From positions 1,280,001 to 1,344,000 of the forward strand of contig CAWDVR010000001.1 of NCBI GenBank assembly GCA_963805975.1: a stretch of DNA of 64,000 nt, written 5' to 3'. Below are positions 53,500 to 62,096 of this stretch, one piece after another. Below the pieces are notes generated by a model that searched no databases, was not told the origin of the DNA, and saw only the letters and a list, made by a program, of their open reading frames with translations. Both the position numbers and the translations under genes were made by a program. The number at the start of each line of letters is the position of its first letter. Position 1 is the first letter of the stretch. This DNA comes from an uncultured Acidobacteriota bacterium (GTDB lineage Bacteria; Acidobacteriota; Thermoanaerobaculia; Multivoradales; SZUA-115).

Positions 53500-53784
53500 T
53501 CAGGCGTTGGCGTCCTGGTCTTCGCCCTCGGACTCGACGGGCTCCTCGGTGGACTGGCCGTAGCCCCAATCGACGACACGCTTCTCGATCTCCCGCATCG
53601 CGACCACCGTCGGCTTGCGGGTCGGCATGTCGATCTTCGGCCGCGCGCCGCGCATCAATTGCTCGGCCCGGTTGGATGCCACCAGGACGAACCGGAACTT
53701 GCTGTCCATCCCCTCCGCGCTGTTCCCGTCCGGGCCGTTGCTCGGCTGCGGTGGGGCTGGAATGTCTCGCCGCAAAATCGCCAT
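53500..53784 (-). CDS. rpoZ: RNA polymerase omega subunit
   Basis: SKFRFVLVASNRAEQL and KPTVVAMREI; follows gmk. Confidence 0.92.
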   Translation of the reverse strand: MAILRRDIPAPPQPSNGPDGNSAEGMDSKFRFVLVASNRAEQLMRGARPKIDMPTRKPTVVAMREIEKRVVDWGYGQSTEEPVESEGEDQDANA

Positions 53785-53826
53785 GAAAAGCTCTCCTTCG
53801 AGGTCAAGGGCCGGGGGCCACCGCGC

Positions 53827-54471
53827 TCAGGCGGCGCCGACCTCGGCCCGCGCAAAGTCGCGCAGGATCTCCTCCACCCGCTCCCGCATCCGCGCCAACC
53901 GCTGGCGTTTCTCGAGCACGATCGCCGCCAGCACCTCGCTGGCGCGCTCGGCTTCGTCGTTGACGATCACGTACTCGTACTGCTCGTAACACTTGATCTC
54001 GGACAGCGACTGCCGGAGGCGCCGCGCGATGGCGTCCGGCTCGTCGAGGCCCCGCGCCTCCAGGCGCTGGCACAGGATCTCGAAGCTCGGCGGCACGATG
54101 AAGATCCCGTGCGCCTCCGGGTGGCGGCTCATGACTCGCGCCGCGCCCTGCACGTCGATGTCGAGCACCACGTCGATGCCCTGCTCGAGCCGCGGCAGCA
54201 CCTCGTCGTACGAGGTGCCGTAGCGGTTGCCGTGGACCACCGCCCACTCCAGAAAGCGGTCCTCGTCGACCATCTTCTCGAAGGTCGCCGTGTCCACGAA
54301 GTGGTAGGCCTTGCCGTCCTCCTCGCCGATACGCGGCGCGCGGGTGGTGTGGGAGACCGAGAAAGCGATCGTTCCGCCCGCAAAGAGGCCACTGCGGAAC
54401 ATGCGGTGGATCAGGGTCGTCTTGCCAGCCCCGGACGGCGCCGAGAGGATGAAGAGTTCGCCCCGCGCCAT
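53827..54471 (-). CDS. gmk: Guanylate kinase
   Basis: APSGAGKTT, SHTTRAPR, FLEWA.VHGN.YGT and DIDVQGA. Confidence 0.96.
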   Translation of the reverse strand: MARGELFILSAPSGAGKTTLIHRMFRSGLFAGGTIAFSVSHTTRAPRIGEEDGKAYHFVDTATFEKMVDEDRFLEWAVVHGNRYGTSYDEVLPRLEQGIDVVLDIDVQGAARVMSRHPEAHGIFIVPPSFEILCQRLEARGLDEPDAIARRLRQSLSEIKCYEQYEYVIVNDEAERASEVLAAIVLEKRQRLARMRERVEEILRDFARAEVGAA

Positions 54472-54529
54472 GGCTCGAGCCAGGTATCGTACCACGGCCG
54501 GGTCGGCCTGCCGTCGCGCTGGCCCGAGC

Positions 54530-55637
54530 TCAGTCCCGCGAGGGGGCCGAGGCCCGCAGCCACGCCTTGGCCGCCTCGGCGTCGTCGAGGCGCCGGTTTC
54601 CCTCGCAACGCGGGTCCGGGCGGGTGCGCAGCGCCAGCGGGGTGCGCAGCGCCAGTGCCTCGAGCGCGTAGGCCCGGGTGCGCAGCTCGCTCGGCCCCAT
54701 TTCCTCCGGTGTCAGGTACTCCTCCGGCGTCAGGTACCTCTCGAGCTGCTCGACGTCGGCCGGCCCACCGAGCGCCGCGGCCATCAGCACCATACGCTCG
54801 CGGACCCAGCCCCAGTAGTCGGCGTCGAGACCCAGGTGCATGAACAGGCGCGAGAACTCGGAGTGGATGGCGGGCGGCGGGTCCGAGGCGGGCGCATCGT
54901 CGGGTCGCTGGAAGGCGTCGAGCACGATGTTCTTCGCGGCCACGGCGCGCGCGAAGCGGCCCGCGTCGTCCGATCCCGGGTAACCAGCCCAGGAGCTGGA
55001 GATCCGGATGCGGTGCTTCCCAGCCTCGACGAGGTTCACCGCCACCACGAAGTTGGCGGTCGAGCCCCCCGAGATGCCGCCCATTACCCCGCTCACCTCT
55101 CCCGTGTCCTCGTTCTCCTCGAAAGGGTCGTCGAGGTACTTCTTCTCGTAGACCCGGACGAAGAGCGCCGCCCGCGCGGCCCGGAGCGCGGCACGGGCGG
55201 CCTCGGCGGGAACGCTCCAGGTCGCGCAATCGACGACGGCGGAGGGCTCTGGCGGGCAGGTGCGGCCCCCGTCGCGCCCCAGGCGCAGCGCGCACTCGGT
55301 CGCCGAGGCGTGGTCGCCCTCCACCCTCGCGTGCAGGAGCCACAGGTGCTGGCCGATGGGCCGCCCGTCCGAGGCGAACGCGGTCAGCGCATGGCCTGCC
55401 CCACCGAGGACTGTGACCGCGACCGGCTCGCCCCGGCCGGCGACCTCGGGCGACGGAGGCTCGGCCCCCCAGTCGGAATCGGCCTGGTGCTGGCGGAAGA
55501 CCTCGCGGACGGAATCGGTGGCGGCATCGCCCCACAGGCGGCGGCGAGGCGGCCTCGGCCCACAGAGGCACGGCCGAGAGCGCCGCCAGGCTCGTCAGCA
55601 CCGTAGCGAGCGCGACTCGTCGGGAGAGAGGGTCCAC
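54530..55637 (-). CDS. Hypothetical exported protein (apparent +1 frameshift at about 55540)
   Basis: Signal-peptide frame from GTG 55637 joins a long open frame LWGDAATDSV...VEGDHAS...RD* ending at 54530. Confidence 0.55.
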
Positions 55638-55746
55638 CTTGGTTCCTCGGAAGTGGGGATCGTAACAGATTGGGCTCGTCGCTGCCCCCGACGCAACGGC
55701 TGGGAGGTTGGCAGAGGCTGACGTTGCAGTGAGGCCGCCGGCGCCG

Positions 55747-56625
55747 CTACTCCACGTTCTGGACCTGCTCGCGGAGCTGCTCGCCCAGCGTCTTGCCGTC
55801 GAGCAGCAGGCGGGTCACCTCGGGGTGGCGGCACTTGGCGCCCAGCGTGTTGAGCTCGCGGAAGATCTCCTGCACCAGGAAATCGAGCCGCTTGCCCAGC
55901 GCGCCGGGCTGGTCGATCACTTCGCGGAAGTGCTGGAGGTGGAGGCGCAGGCGGTCCAGCTCTTCGCTCACGTCGGCACGGTCGGCCGCCACCGCCACCT
56001 CCTGGGCCAGGCGCTGCTCGTCGACCGGCACCGCGCCCAGGAGCATCGCGAGCCGCCGCCGCAAGGCCTCGGCCGCCTCCTGCTGCGCCGCCGGCACCAG
56101 CGGCTCGAGCCGCCCGGCGATGGCCTCGAGCGCCTCCAGGCGCTCGAGCAGGGCGGCACGGAGCTTGGCCCCTTCGTGGGCGCGGGCAGCCACCAGCTCG
56201 GCCAGGCCCAGGCCGGCGACCGACAGCACCAGCTCGAGGTCCGCCGGCTGCCAGTCCGGCTCGGCGGGCCGGATCGCCACCGCCTCGGGCACTCGCAGCA
56301 GCTCCCCCAGCGTGAGCCCCGGGCTGACCAGGCCCTCGGCGATCAGCGGCGCCGTGGCCTGGTGGAGGGCGCGGACGATCTCCTGCCGCACCTCGACCAC
56401 GGCCCGGCCGGCGGCGAGCGGCCGGATCTCGAGGCCCGCCTCCACGCGCCCCCTCGCCAGGGCCGCGCTCATCAGCTCGCGCAGCGGGGCCTCCGCGGCC
56501 CGGTACTCGTCGCGCAGGCGCAGTACCAGGTCCAGGAACTTGCCGTTGACGCTGCGCAGCGTCACCGCCACCGCGTACCGGCCGTTCTCGCCTTGGCTCT
56601 GGCCGAATCCGGTCATGCTCCGCAT
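55747..56625 (-). CDS. yicC: YicC/YloC family endoribonuclease
   Basis: MRSMTGFG, RSVN, DVSEELDRL, GKRLDFLVQE..RE.NT and REQVQNVE. Confidence 0.95.
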   Translation of the reverse strand: MRSMTGFGQSQGENGRYAVAVTLRSVNGKFLDLVLRLRDEYRAAEAPLRELMSAALARGRVEAGLEIRPLAAGRAVVEVRQEIVRALHQATAPLIAEGLVSPGLTLGELLRVPEAVAIRPAEPDWQPADLELVLSVAGLGLAELVAARAHEGAKLRAALLERLEALEAIAGRLEPLVPAAQQEAAEALRRRLAMLLGAVPVDEQRLAQEVAVAADRADVSEELDRLRLHLQHFREVIDQPGALGKRLDFLVQEIFRELNTLGAKCRHPEVTRLLLDGKTLGEQLREQVQNVE

Positions 56626-56636
56626 GCGAACCTCCT

Positions 56637-57302
56637 TCAAAGGGTGCCGGTCAAGCGCTCGGCCTCGGCCTCGGCCGTGTTCAGTCGCCGCTCGAGCTCG
56701 CGGCAGGCGGGCTCCACCGCGGCGTCACGCGCCACCCGGAACGGCTCGCCGTAGACCATGGCCACGCGGCTGCCGGGCCAGGGGATCACGAAGCGGTCCC
56801 AGCTCGCCAGGCGCTTGGCGCGGCTGGCGGCGATCGCCACCGGCACCAGCGGCAGGCCGGACAGGGCGGCGAGCTGGATCGCGCCCGGTTTCACGGTCGA
56901 GGCGGGCCCGCGCGGCCCGTCCGGGGTGATCCCGAGGTCGTAGCCCTGGCGCACCCGCCGCAGCAGGTCGCGGAAGCCCGCCGCGCCGCCGCGGGTCGAG
57001 GAGCCACGGCTCGCGTCGATGCCGAAATGACCCATGGTGCGGGCGATCAGCTCGCCGTCCTTGTGCTGGCTGATGAGGACCGAGATCCGCCGGCCGCGGT
57101 AGCTGTAGGGCATGAGCAGGAGGTGGCGATGCCAGAAGGCGATGATGAACCGCTCACCCGCCCGCTCCAGGCGCCGGATCTCGACGTCCCCGTGGTGCGA
57201 GAGCCGCACCGTGGCGCGCAGCAGCCGGATGAAGCCGGCACCCAGCCAGCCGATGAGGGCCGCCTTGGGGTCCCGGCGGTCGGCCTCGGTGGCGGCGGTC
57301 AT
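56637..57302 (-). CDS. DUF374 lysophospholipid acyltransferase-like protein
   Basis: AFWH, SQHKDGE, RGSS.RGG, TPDGPRGP and SWDRF..P.P. Confidence 0.88.
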   Translation of the reverse strand: MTAATEADRRDPKAALIGWLGAGFIRLLRATVRLSHHGDVEIRRLERAGERFIIAFWHRHLLLMPYSYRGRRISVLISQHKDGELIARTMGHFGIDASRGSSTRGGAAGFRDLLRRVRQGYDLGITPDGPRGPASTVKPGAIQLAALSGLPLVPVAIAASRAKRLASWDRFVIPWPGSRVAMVYGEPFRVARDAAVEPACRELERRLNTAEAEAERLTGTL

Positions 57303-57366
57303 CGGGGCGATTGTAGCGGGCCGGCTTGCCCTGGCCGCCGCCGGCCACGGATAATGCCCCTCGGCC

Positions 57367-58170
57367 ATGGCCTCCCGACCCAAGAAAGAAGAGATCCCGG
57401 TCGTCATCCTGTGCGGCGGCAAGGGCACCCGGCTGCGCGAGGAGACCGGTTACCGCCCCAAGCCCATGGTGGAGATCGGCGAGCAGCCGATCCTCTGGCA
57501 CATCATGAAGATCTACAGCACCCACGGCCTCGGCCGCTTCGTGCTCTGCCTCGGCTACCTGGGCTGGGAGATCAAGCAGTACTTCCTGCGCTACCACGAG
57601 ATGCACCGCGACTTCACCATCACCATGGACGACAGCGTGCCCATCGAGTTCCACAACCGGCTCGGCGACGAGGCCTGGCGCGTGACCTGCGCCGAGACCG
57701 GCGCCGAGACCGCGACCGGCGGGCGCCTGTGGCGGGTGCGGCAGTACGTGGACAGCAGCACCTTCTGCTTCACCTACGGCGACGCGGTGGGCAACGTGGA
57801 CATCGACGCGCTGCTCGACTTCCACTGGCGGGAGGGCCGGCTCGCCACCGTGACCGGCGTCCACCCGACCTCCCGCTACGGCGAGATGCGGGTCGCCGGC
57901 CCCAAGGTGGTGGAGTTCAACGAGAAGCCGACGCTCGCCGAGGGCGTGGTCTCCGGCGGCTTCTTCGTCTTCGAGCGCGAGGTCTTCTCCTACCTCAACG
58001 ACGACCCGCAGCTCTTCCTCGAGCTCGACCCCCTCCAGCGCCTGGCCCGCGACGGCCAGCTCTCCGTCTACCTGCACGAGGGCTACTGGCACCCGATGGA
58101 CACCTACCGCGACTACCTGCACCTGAACGAGGTCTGGAAACAGGGCCAGCCGCCCTGGAAGACCTGGTAG
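57367..58170 (+). CDS. rfbF: Glucose-1-phosphate cytidylyltransferase
   Basis: LCGGKGTRLREET..PKPM, TGGRL, TYGD and W.PMDT.RD. Confidence 0.9.
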   Translation: MASRPKKEEIPVVILCGGKGTRLREETGYRPKPMVEIGEQPILWHIMKIYSTHGLGRFVLCLGYLGWEIKQYFLRYHEMHRDFTITMDDSVPIEFHNRLGDEAWRVTCAETGAETATGGRLWRVRQYVDSSTFCFTYGDAVGNVDIDALLDFHWREGRLATVTGVHPTSRYGEMRVAGPKVVEFNEKPTLAEGVVSGGFFVFEREVFSYLNDDPQLFLELDPLQRLARDGQLSVYLHEGYWHPMDTYRDYLHLNEVWKQGQPPWKTW

Positions 58171-58171
58171 C

Positions 58172-59405
58172 GTGGCCGCGCTCGCCTGCCGCTTCTGCTC
58201 CGCGCCGCTCGCGCGGGTCTTCGTGGACCTCGGTGCCTCGCCGCTCGCCAACTCCTTTCTGAAGCCCGAGGACCTGCTGCGCGGCGAGGTCTTCCATCCG
58301 CTCGCCACCTACGTCTGCGAGCGCTGCTTCCTCGTCCAGCTCCCCGAGGCCGAGAGCCCGGAGGCGATCTTCTCCGACTACGCGTACTTCTCCTCCTTCT
58401 CGGCGAGCTGGCTGGCGCACGCCGAGGGCTACGCCGGGAAGATGACCGGACGTCTCGGGTTGGGGCCGCAGTCCCAGGTGATCGAGATCGCCTCGAACGA
58501 CGGCTACCTGCTGCGCTTCTTCCACCGGCGCGGCATCCCGGTGCTGGGCATCGAGCCGGCAGGCAACGTGGCCGCCGCGGCTCGCGAGGCCGGCATCCCC
58601 ACGATCACGCGGTTCTTCGGCACGGCGCTCGCTCGCGAGCTGGTGGCCGAAGGCCGGCAGGCCGATCTCCTGGTAGGCAACAACGTGCTCGCGCACGTGC
58701 CGGCGCTCAACGACTTCGTGGCCGGCCTGAAGCTGGTGCTCAAGCCGGGCGGCCTCCTCACCATGGAGTTTCCGCACCTGCTGCGGCTGATCGACGAAGG
58801 GCAGTTCGACACTATCTACCACGAGCACTTCTCGTACTTCTCGTGCCTCACGGTAGGGCAGGTCTTCGCCGCGCACGGCCTGGAGCTGTTCGACGTCGAG
58901 GAGCTGCCCACGCACGGCGGCTCGCTCCGCATCTTCGTGCGCCACGCGGGCGAGTCGGGGGAGGAGCCCGGCCGCGTGCGTGAGCTCTGCGCCCAGGAAG
59001 AGGTGGCGGGTCTCGGGAACGTCGAGGGCTACCTGGGCTTCGCGGGGCGCGTGGCGGAGGTCAAGCGCGACCTGCTGCGCTTCCTGCTCGATGCCCAGGA
59101 GCGCGGCGAGACGGTCGCCGGCTACGGCGCGCCCGCCAAGGGCAACACGCTCCTCAACCACTGCGGCATCCGCTCCGACCTGCTGGCCTACACGGTGGAC
59201 CTCTCCCCGCACAAGCAGGGGCTCTTCCTGCCCGGGCACGCACATCCCGATCCACCACCCGGACAAGATCGCCGAGACGCGGCCGGACTACCTGCTGATC
59301 CTGCCCTGGAACCTGAAGGACGAGATCATCGAGCAGCAGGCCGGCATCCGTGCCTGGGGCGGGCGTTTCGTGGTCGCCGTGCCACGGCTCGAGGTCCTGC
59401 CTTGA
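58172..59405 (+). CDS. NDP-sugar C-methyltransferase (TylC3/NovU-like; apparent +1 frameshift at about 59234)
   Basis: CRFC...CERC zinc motif, EIASNDG, NVLAH, YHEH.SYF, THGGS and YGAPAKG; the tail THIPI...LILPWN is in the shifted frame. Confidence 0.88.
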
Positions 59406-59938
59406 TCTTCCGGCCGCTCGCGGTCGACGGCGCGTTCCTGATCGAGCCCGAGCGCATGGGCGACGAGCGCGGCTTCTTCGCCCGCACCTTCTGCCGCGAG
59501 GAGCTCACCGCGCACGGCCTCGAGACCGGGATCGAGCAGTGCAGCGTGTCGTTCAACCACCGGCGGGGAACGCTCCGCGGCCTGCACTTCCAGGCGGCGC
59601 CGCACGAGGAGGTGAAGCTCGTACGCTGCACCCGGGGCGCCATCTTCGACGTGCTGGTGGACCTCCGTGCCAGTTCGCCGAGCTTCCTCCGGCACGCGGC
59701 GGTGAGCCTGACCGCCGAGTCGCGCGCCCAGGTCTACGTGCCCCGGGGCGTGGCGCACGGCTTCCTGACGCTTGCGGACGAGACCGAGGTCTTCTACCAG
59801 ATCTCGACGCCCTATGCGCCCCAGTGGGCGCGCGGCTACCGCTACGACGACCCGGCCTTCGCCATCCCCTGGCCCGAGCCGGTGACGGTGATCTCGGAGA
59901 AGGACCTGCGGCTGCCGTACTTCGAGCCGGTGGTATGA
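59402..59938 (+). CDS. rfbC: dTDP-4-dehydrorhamnose 3,5-epimerase family
   Basis: DERGFF, GTLRGLHFQ, DVLVDLR, GVAHGF and SEKD. Confidence 0.9.
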   Translation: MIFRPLAVDGAFLIEPERMGDERGFFARTFCREELTAHGLETGIEQCSVSFNHRRGTLRGLHFQAAPHEEVKLVRCTRGAIFDVLVDLRASSPSFLRHAAVSLTAESRAQVYVPRGVAHGFLTLADETEVFYQISTPYAPQWARGYRYDDPAFAIPWPEPVTVISEKDLRLPYFEPVV

Positions 59939-61287
59939 CTGTCATCCTGAGCGAAGCGAAGGATCTGGGCGGCGCCGATCTCCGCCTCGACCTCGCCACG
60001 CTCGGCGAGGAGATGCACCGCTTCGTCGCCCGCCTCTTCCCGATCGGCCGCAGCATCACCGGCCAGGGCGTGCGCGACACGCTGGCCATCGCGCAAGGAG
60101 TGGCGCCCCTCGCCGTACACGAGGTGCCGAGCGGCACGCAGGTCTTCGACTGGACGGTGCCGGACGAGTGGAACGTGCGTGAGGCGTGGGTGAAAGACCC
60201 CTCCGGCCGCAAGGTGATCGACCTCGCGGACCACAGCCTCCATCTGCTCGGCTACAGCGTGCCGTTCGCGGGCAAGGTGTCGCGTGCCGAGCTCGACGCC
60301 CATCTCTTCTCGCTCCCCGACCGGCCGGACCTCGTTCCCTACCGCACCTCCTACTACCGAGAGGCATGGGGCTTCTGCCTGCCGCACGAGCTTCGCGAGA
60401 CTCTGCCGGAAGGCGAGTACGAGGTGCGGATCGACTCGACGCTCGCTCCCGGCTCGCTCACCTACGGCGAGCTGCGTCTCCCCGGCGACAGCGAGCGCGA
60501 GGTGCTCGTCTCCTGCCACATCTGCCACCCATCCCTCGCCAACGACAACCTCTCCGGCCTCGCCGTCTGCCTCTTCCTGGCGCGCGAGCTGGCGAAGGTC
60601 CGCCGGCGCTACGGCTACCGCTTCCTCTTCATCCCGGGCACCATCGGCTCGATCACCTGGCTCGCGCTGCACCGCGAGGCGGCGAGCCGCATCGCCCACG
60701 GCCTGGTGGCGGCGAACCTCGGTGATGCCGGTGACTTTACTTACAAGAAAAGCCGGCGCGGCGACGCCGAGATCGACCGCGCAGTGCCCGTGGCCCTGGC
60801 CGGCGCCGGGCTGCCGCTCCGTCAGCTCGACTTCGTGCCCTTCGGCTACGACGAGCGGCAGTTCTGCTCGCCGGGCTTCGACCTCCCCGTGGGCTCTCTC
60901 ACCCGCACGCCCTGGGGCCAGTATCCCGAGTACCACACCTCGGCCGACAACCTCGAGCTGGTGCGGCCGGCCGCGCTCGCCGGGTCGCTGGCCGCCTACC
61001 TGGAAGTGATGGCCGTGCTCGAAGGCAACCGCAGATACCGAAACCTCAACCCGTTCTGCGAGCCGCAGCTCGGCCGGCGCGGCCTCTACGGCTCGATCGG
61101 CGGTGCTTCGGCCAAGGAGCGCGAGCTGGCGCTGCTCTGGGTGCTCAACCAGTCGGACGGTAACCACACCCTCCTCGACGTGGCCGAGCGCTCGGGCCTG
61201 CCGTTTGCGGCCTTGCGGCAAGCCGCGGACGCGCTCCTCGCCGCGGGGCTGCTCGCGGAGATCGAAGAAAGCGAGGCTGGCCCGTGA
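59935..61287 (+). CDS. DUF4910 domain protein (peptidase-M28-like fold plus C-terminal winged HTH)
   Basis: RSITG.GVR.TL, FDWTVP.EW, PYRTSYY, HICHPSLANDNLSG, YDERQF and EYHTSAD. Confidence 0.88.
   Translation: MTVILSEAKDLGGADLRLDLATLGEEMHRFVARLFPIGRSITGQGVRDTLAIAQGVAPLAVHEVPSGTQVFDWTVPDEWNVREAWVKDPSGRKVIDLADHSLHLLGYSVPFAGKVSRAELDAHLFSLPDRPDLVPYRTSYYREAWGFCLPHELRETLPEGEYEVRIDSTLAPGSLTYGELRLPGDSEREVLVSCHICHPSLANDNLSGLAVCLFLARELAKVRRRYGYRFLFIPGTIGSITWLALHREAASRIAHGLVAANLGDAGDFTYKKSRRGDAEIDRAVPVALAGAGLPLRQLDFVPFGYDERQFCSPGFDLPVGSLTRTPWGQYPEYHTSADNLELVRPAALAGSLAAYLEVMAVLEGNRRYRNLNPFCEPQLGRRGLYGSIGGASAKERELALLWVLNQSDGNHTLLDVAERSGLPFAALRQAADALLAAGLLAEIEESEAGP
59940..59966 (+). repeat. Half copy of a REP-like palindromic element (VILSEAKDL type)
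   Basis: TGTCATCCTGAGCGAAGCGAAGGATCT; the matching inverted arm is not present nearby. Confidence 0.7.
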
Positions 61288-62009
61288 GCGAGCTCAGAGA
61301 CCGCGTCGCCCTGGTGACCGGGGCCTCCGGCGCCATCGGCGGCGCCCTGGCCGAGGCCCTGGCCGACCGCGGGGCGCGGCTGATCCTGGTGGGACGGGAC
61401 GAGCGGCGGTTGACCGAGCTGGCGGAGCGGCTGCGCGGGCGCTCGCCGGAGATCGATGTGCAGCCCACGGACCTGGCCGACGACGCGCGCCTCCGCCGCC
61501 TGGCGAGCCGGGTGGGAACCGCGTTCGGTGGTGTGGACCTGCTGCTGCACTCGGCCGGTCTGTTCGTCGGCGGAACCGTGGAAGAGGCACCGATCGCCGA
61601 CCTCGACCGCCAGCTCGCCGTGAACGTGCGGGCTCCCTACCTTCTCACACAGCTCCTCCTGCCCGGCCTGCGCCAGCGCCAGGGGCAGATCGTGTTCGTG
61701 AGCTCGTCGGCAGGGCTGGCACCGCGGGCCTCGGTCTCGGCCTACGCGGCGACCAAGGCCGCGATGACGGCGCTGGCGACCGCGTTGCGCGACGAGGTGA
61801 ACCCGGACGGCGTGCGGGTGCTGACCGTGTACCCGGGACGCACGGCGGGCCGCATGCAAGAGCAGGTGAAGGCCTTCGAGGCCAAGCCCTACGAGCCCGA
61901 GCGCCTCGTCCAGCCCGCGGACGTGGCACAGGCGACGATCGCGGCGCTCGAGCTGCCACGCACGGCGGAGCTCACCGAGATCCATCTGCGGCCGATGCGG
62001 CCGGGGTGA
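61284..62009 (+). CDS. Short-chain dehydrogenase/reductase
   Basis: VTGASGAIG, SS.AG and YAATK. Confidence 0.9.
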   Translation: MSELRDRVALVTGASGAIGGALAEALADRGARLILVGRDERRLTELAERLRGRSPEIDVQPTDLADDARLRRLASRVGTAFGGVDLLLHSAGLFVGGTVEEAPIADLDRQLAVNVRAPYLLTQLLLPGLRQRQGQIVFVSSSAGLAPRASVSAYAATKAAMTALATALRDEVNPDGVRVLTVYPGRTAGRMQEQVKAFEAKPYEPERLVQPADVAQATIAALELPRTAELTEIHLRPMRPG

Positions 62010-62027
62010 CGAGCTTTCGGCTGTCGT

Positions 62028-62053
62028 CGAAACCTCGCGTCCCGGCGCTCGTA
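62028..62053 (+). promoter_or_regulatory. Putative sigmaW-like ECF promoter
   Basis: CGAAAC-N16-CGTA upstream of the ADOP gene. Confidence 0.45.
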
Positions 62054-62096
62054 CCAACTGGCAACCGGAGCACTGTCGAGAGGAGGTCCCGAGACC

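Noticed and set aside
55709-55728. sigma54-like TGGCA...TTGCA
   Set aside because: The GG to GC spacing is 14 nt rather than 10, and the orientation is opposite to the neighbouring genes.
58172-59938. 588-aa methyltransferase-epimerase fusion
   Set aside because: It results from the +1 frameshift at about 59234. The methyltransferase tail ends at 59405 and rfbC starts at TTG 59402.
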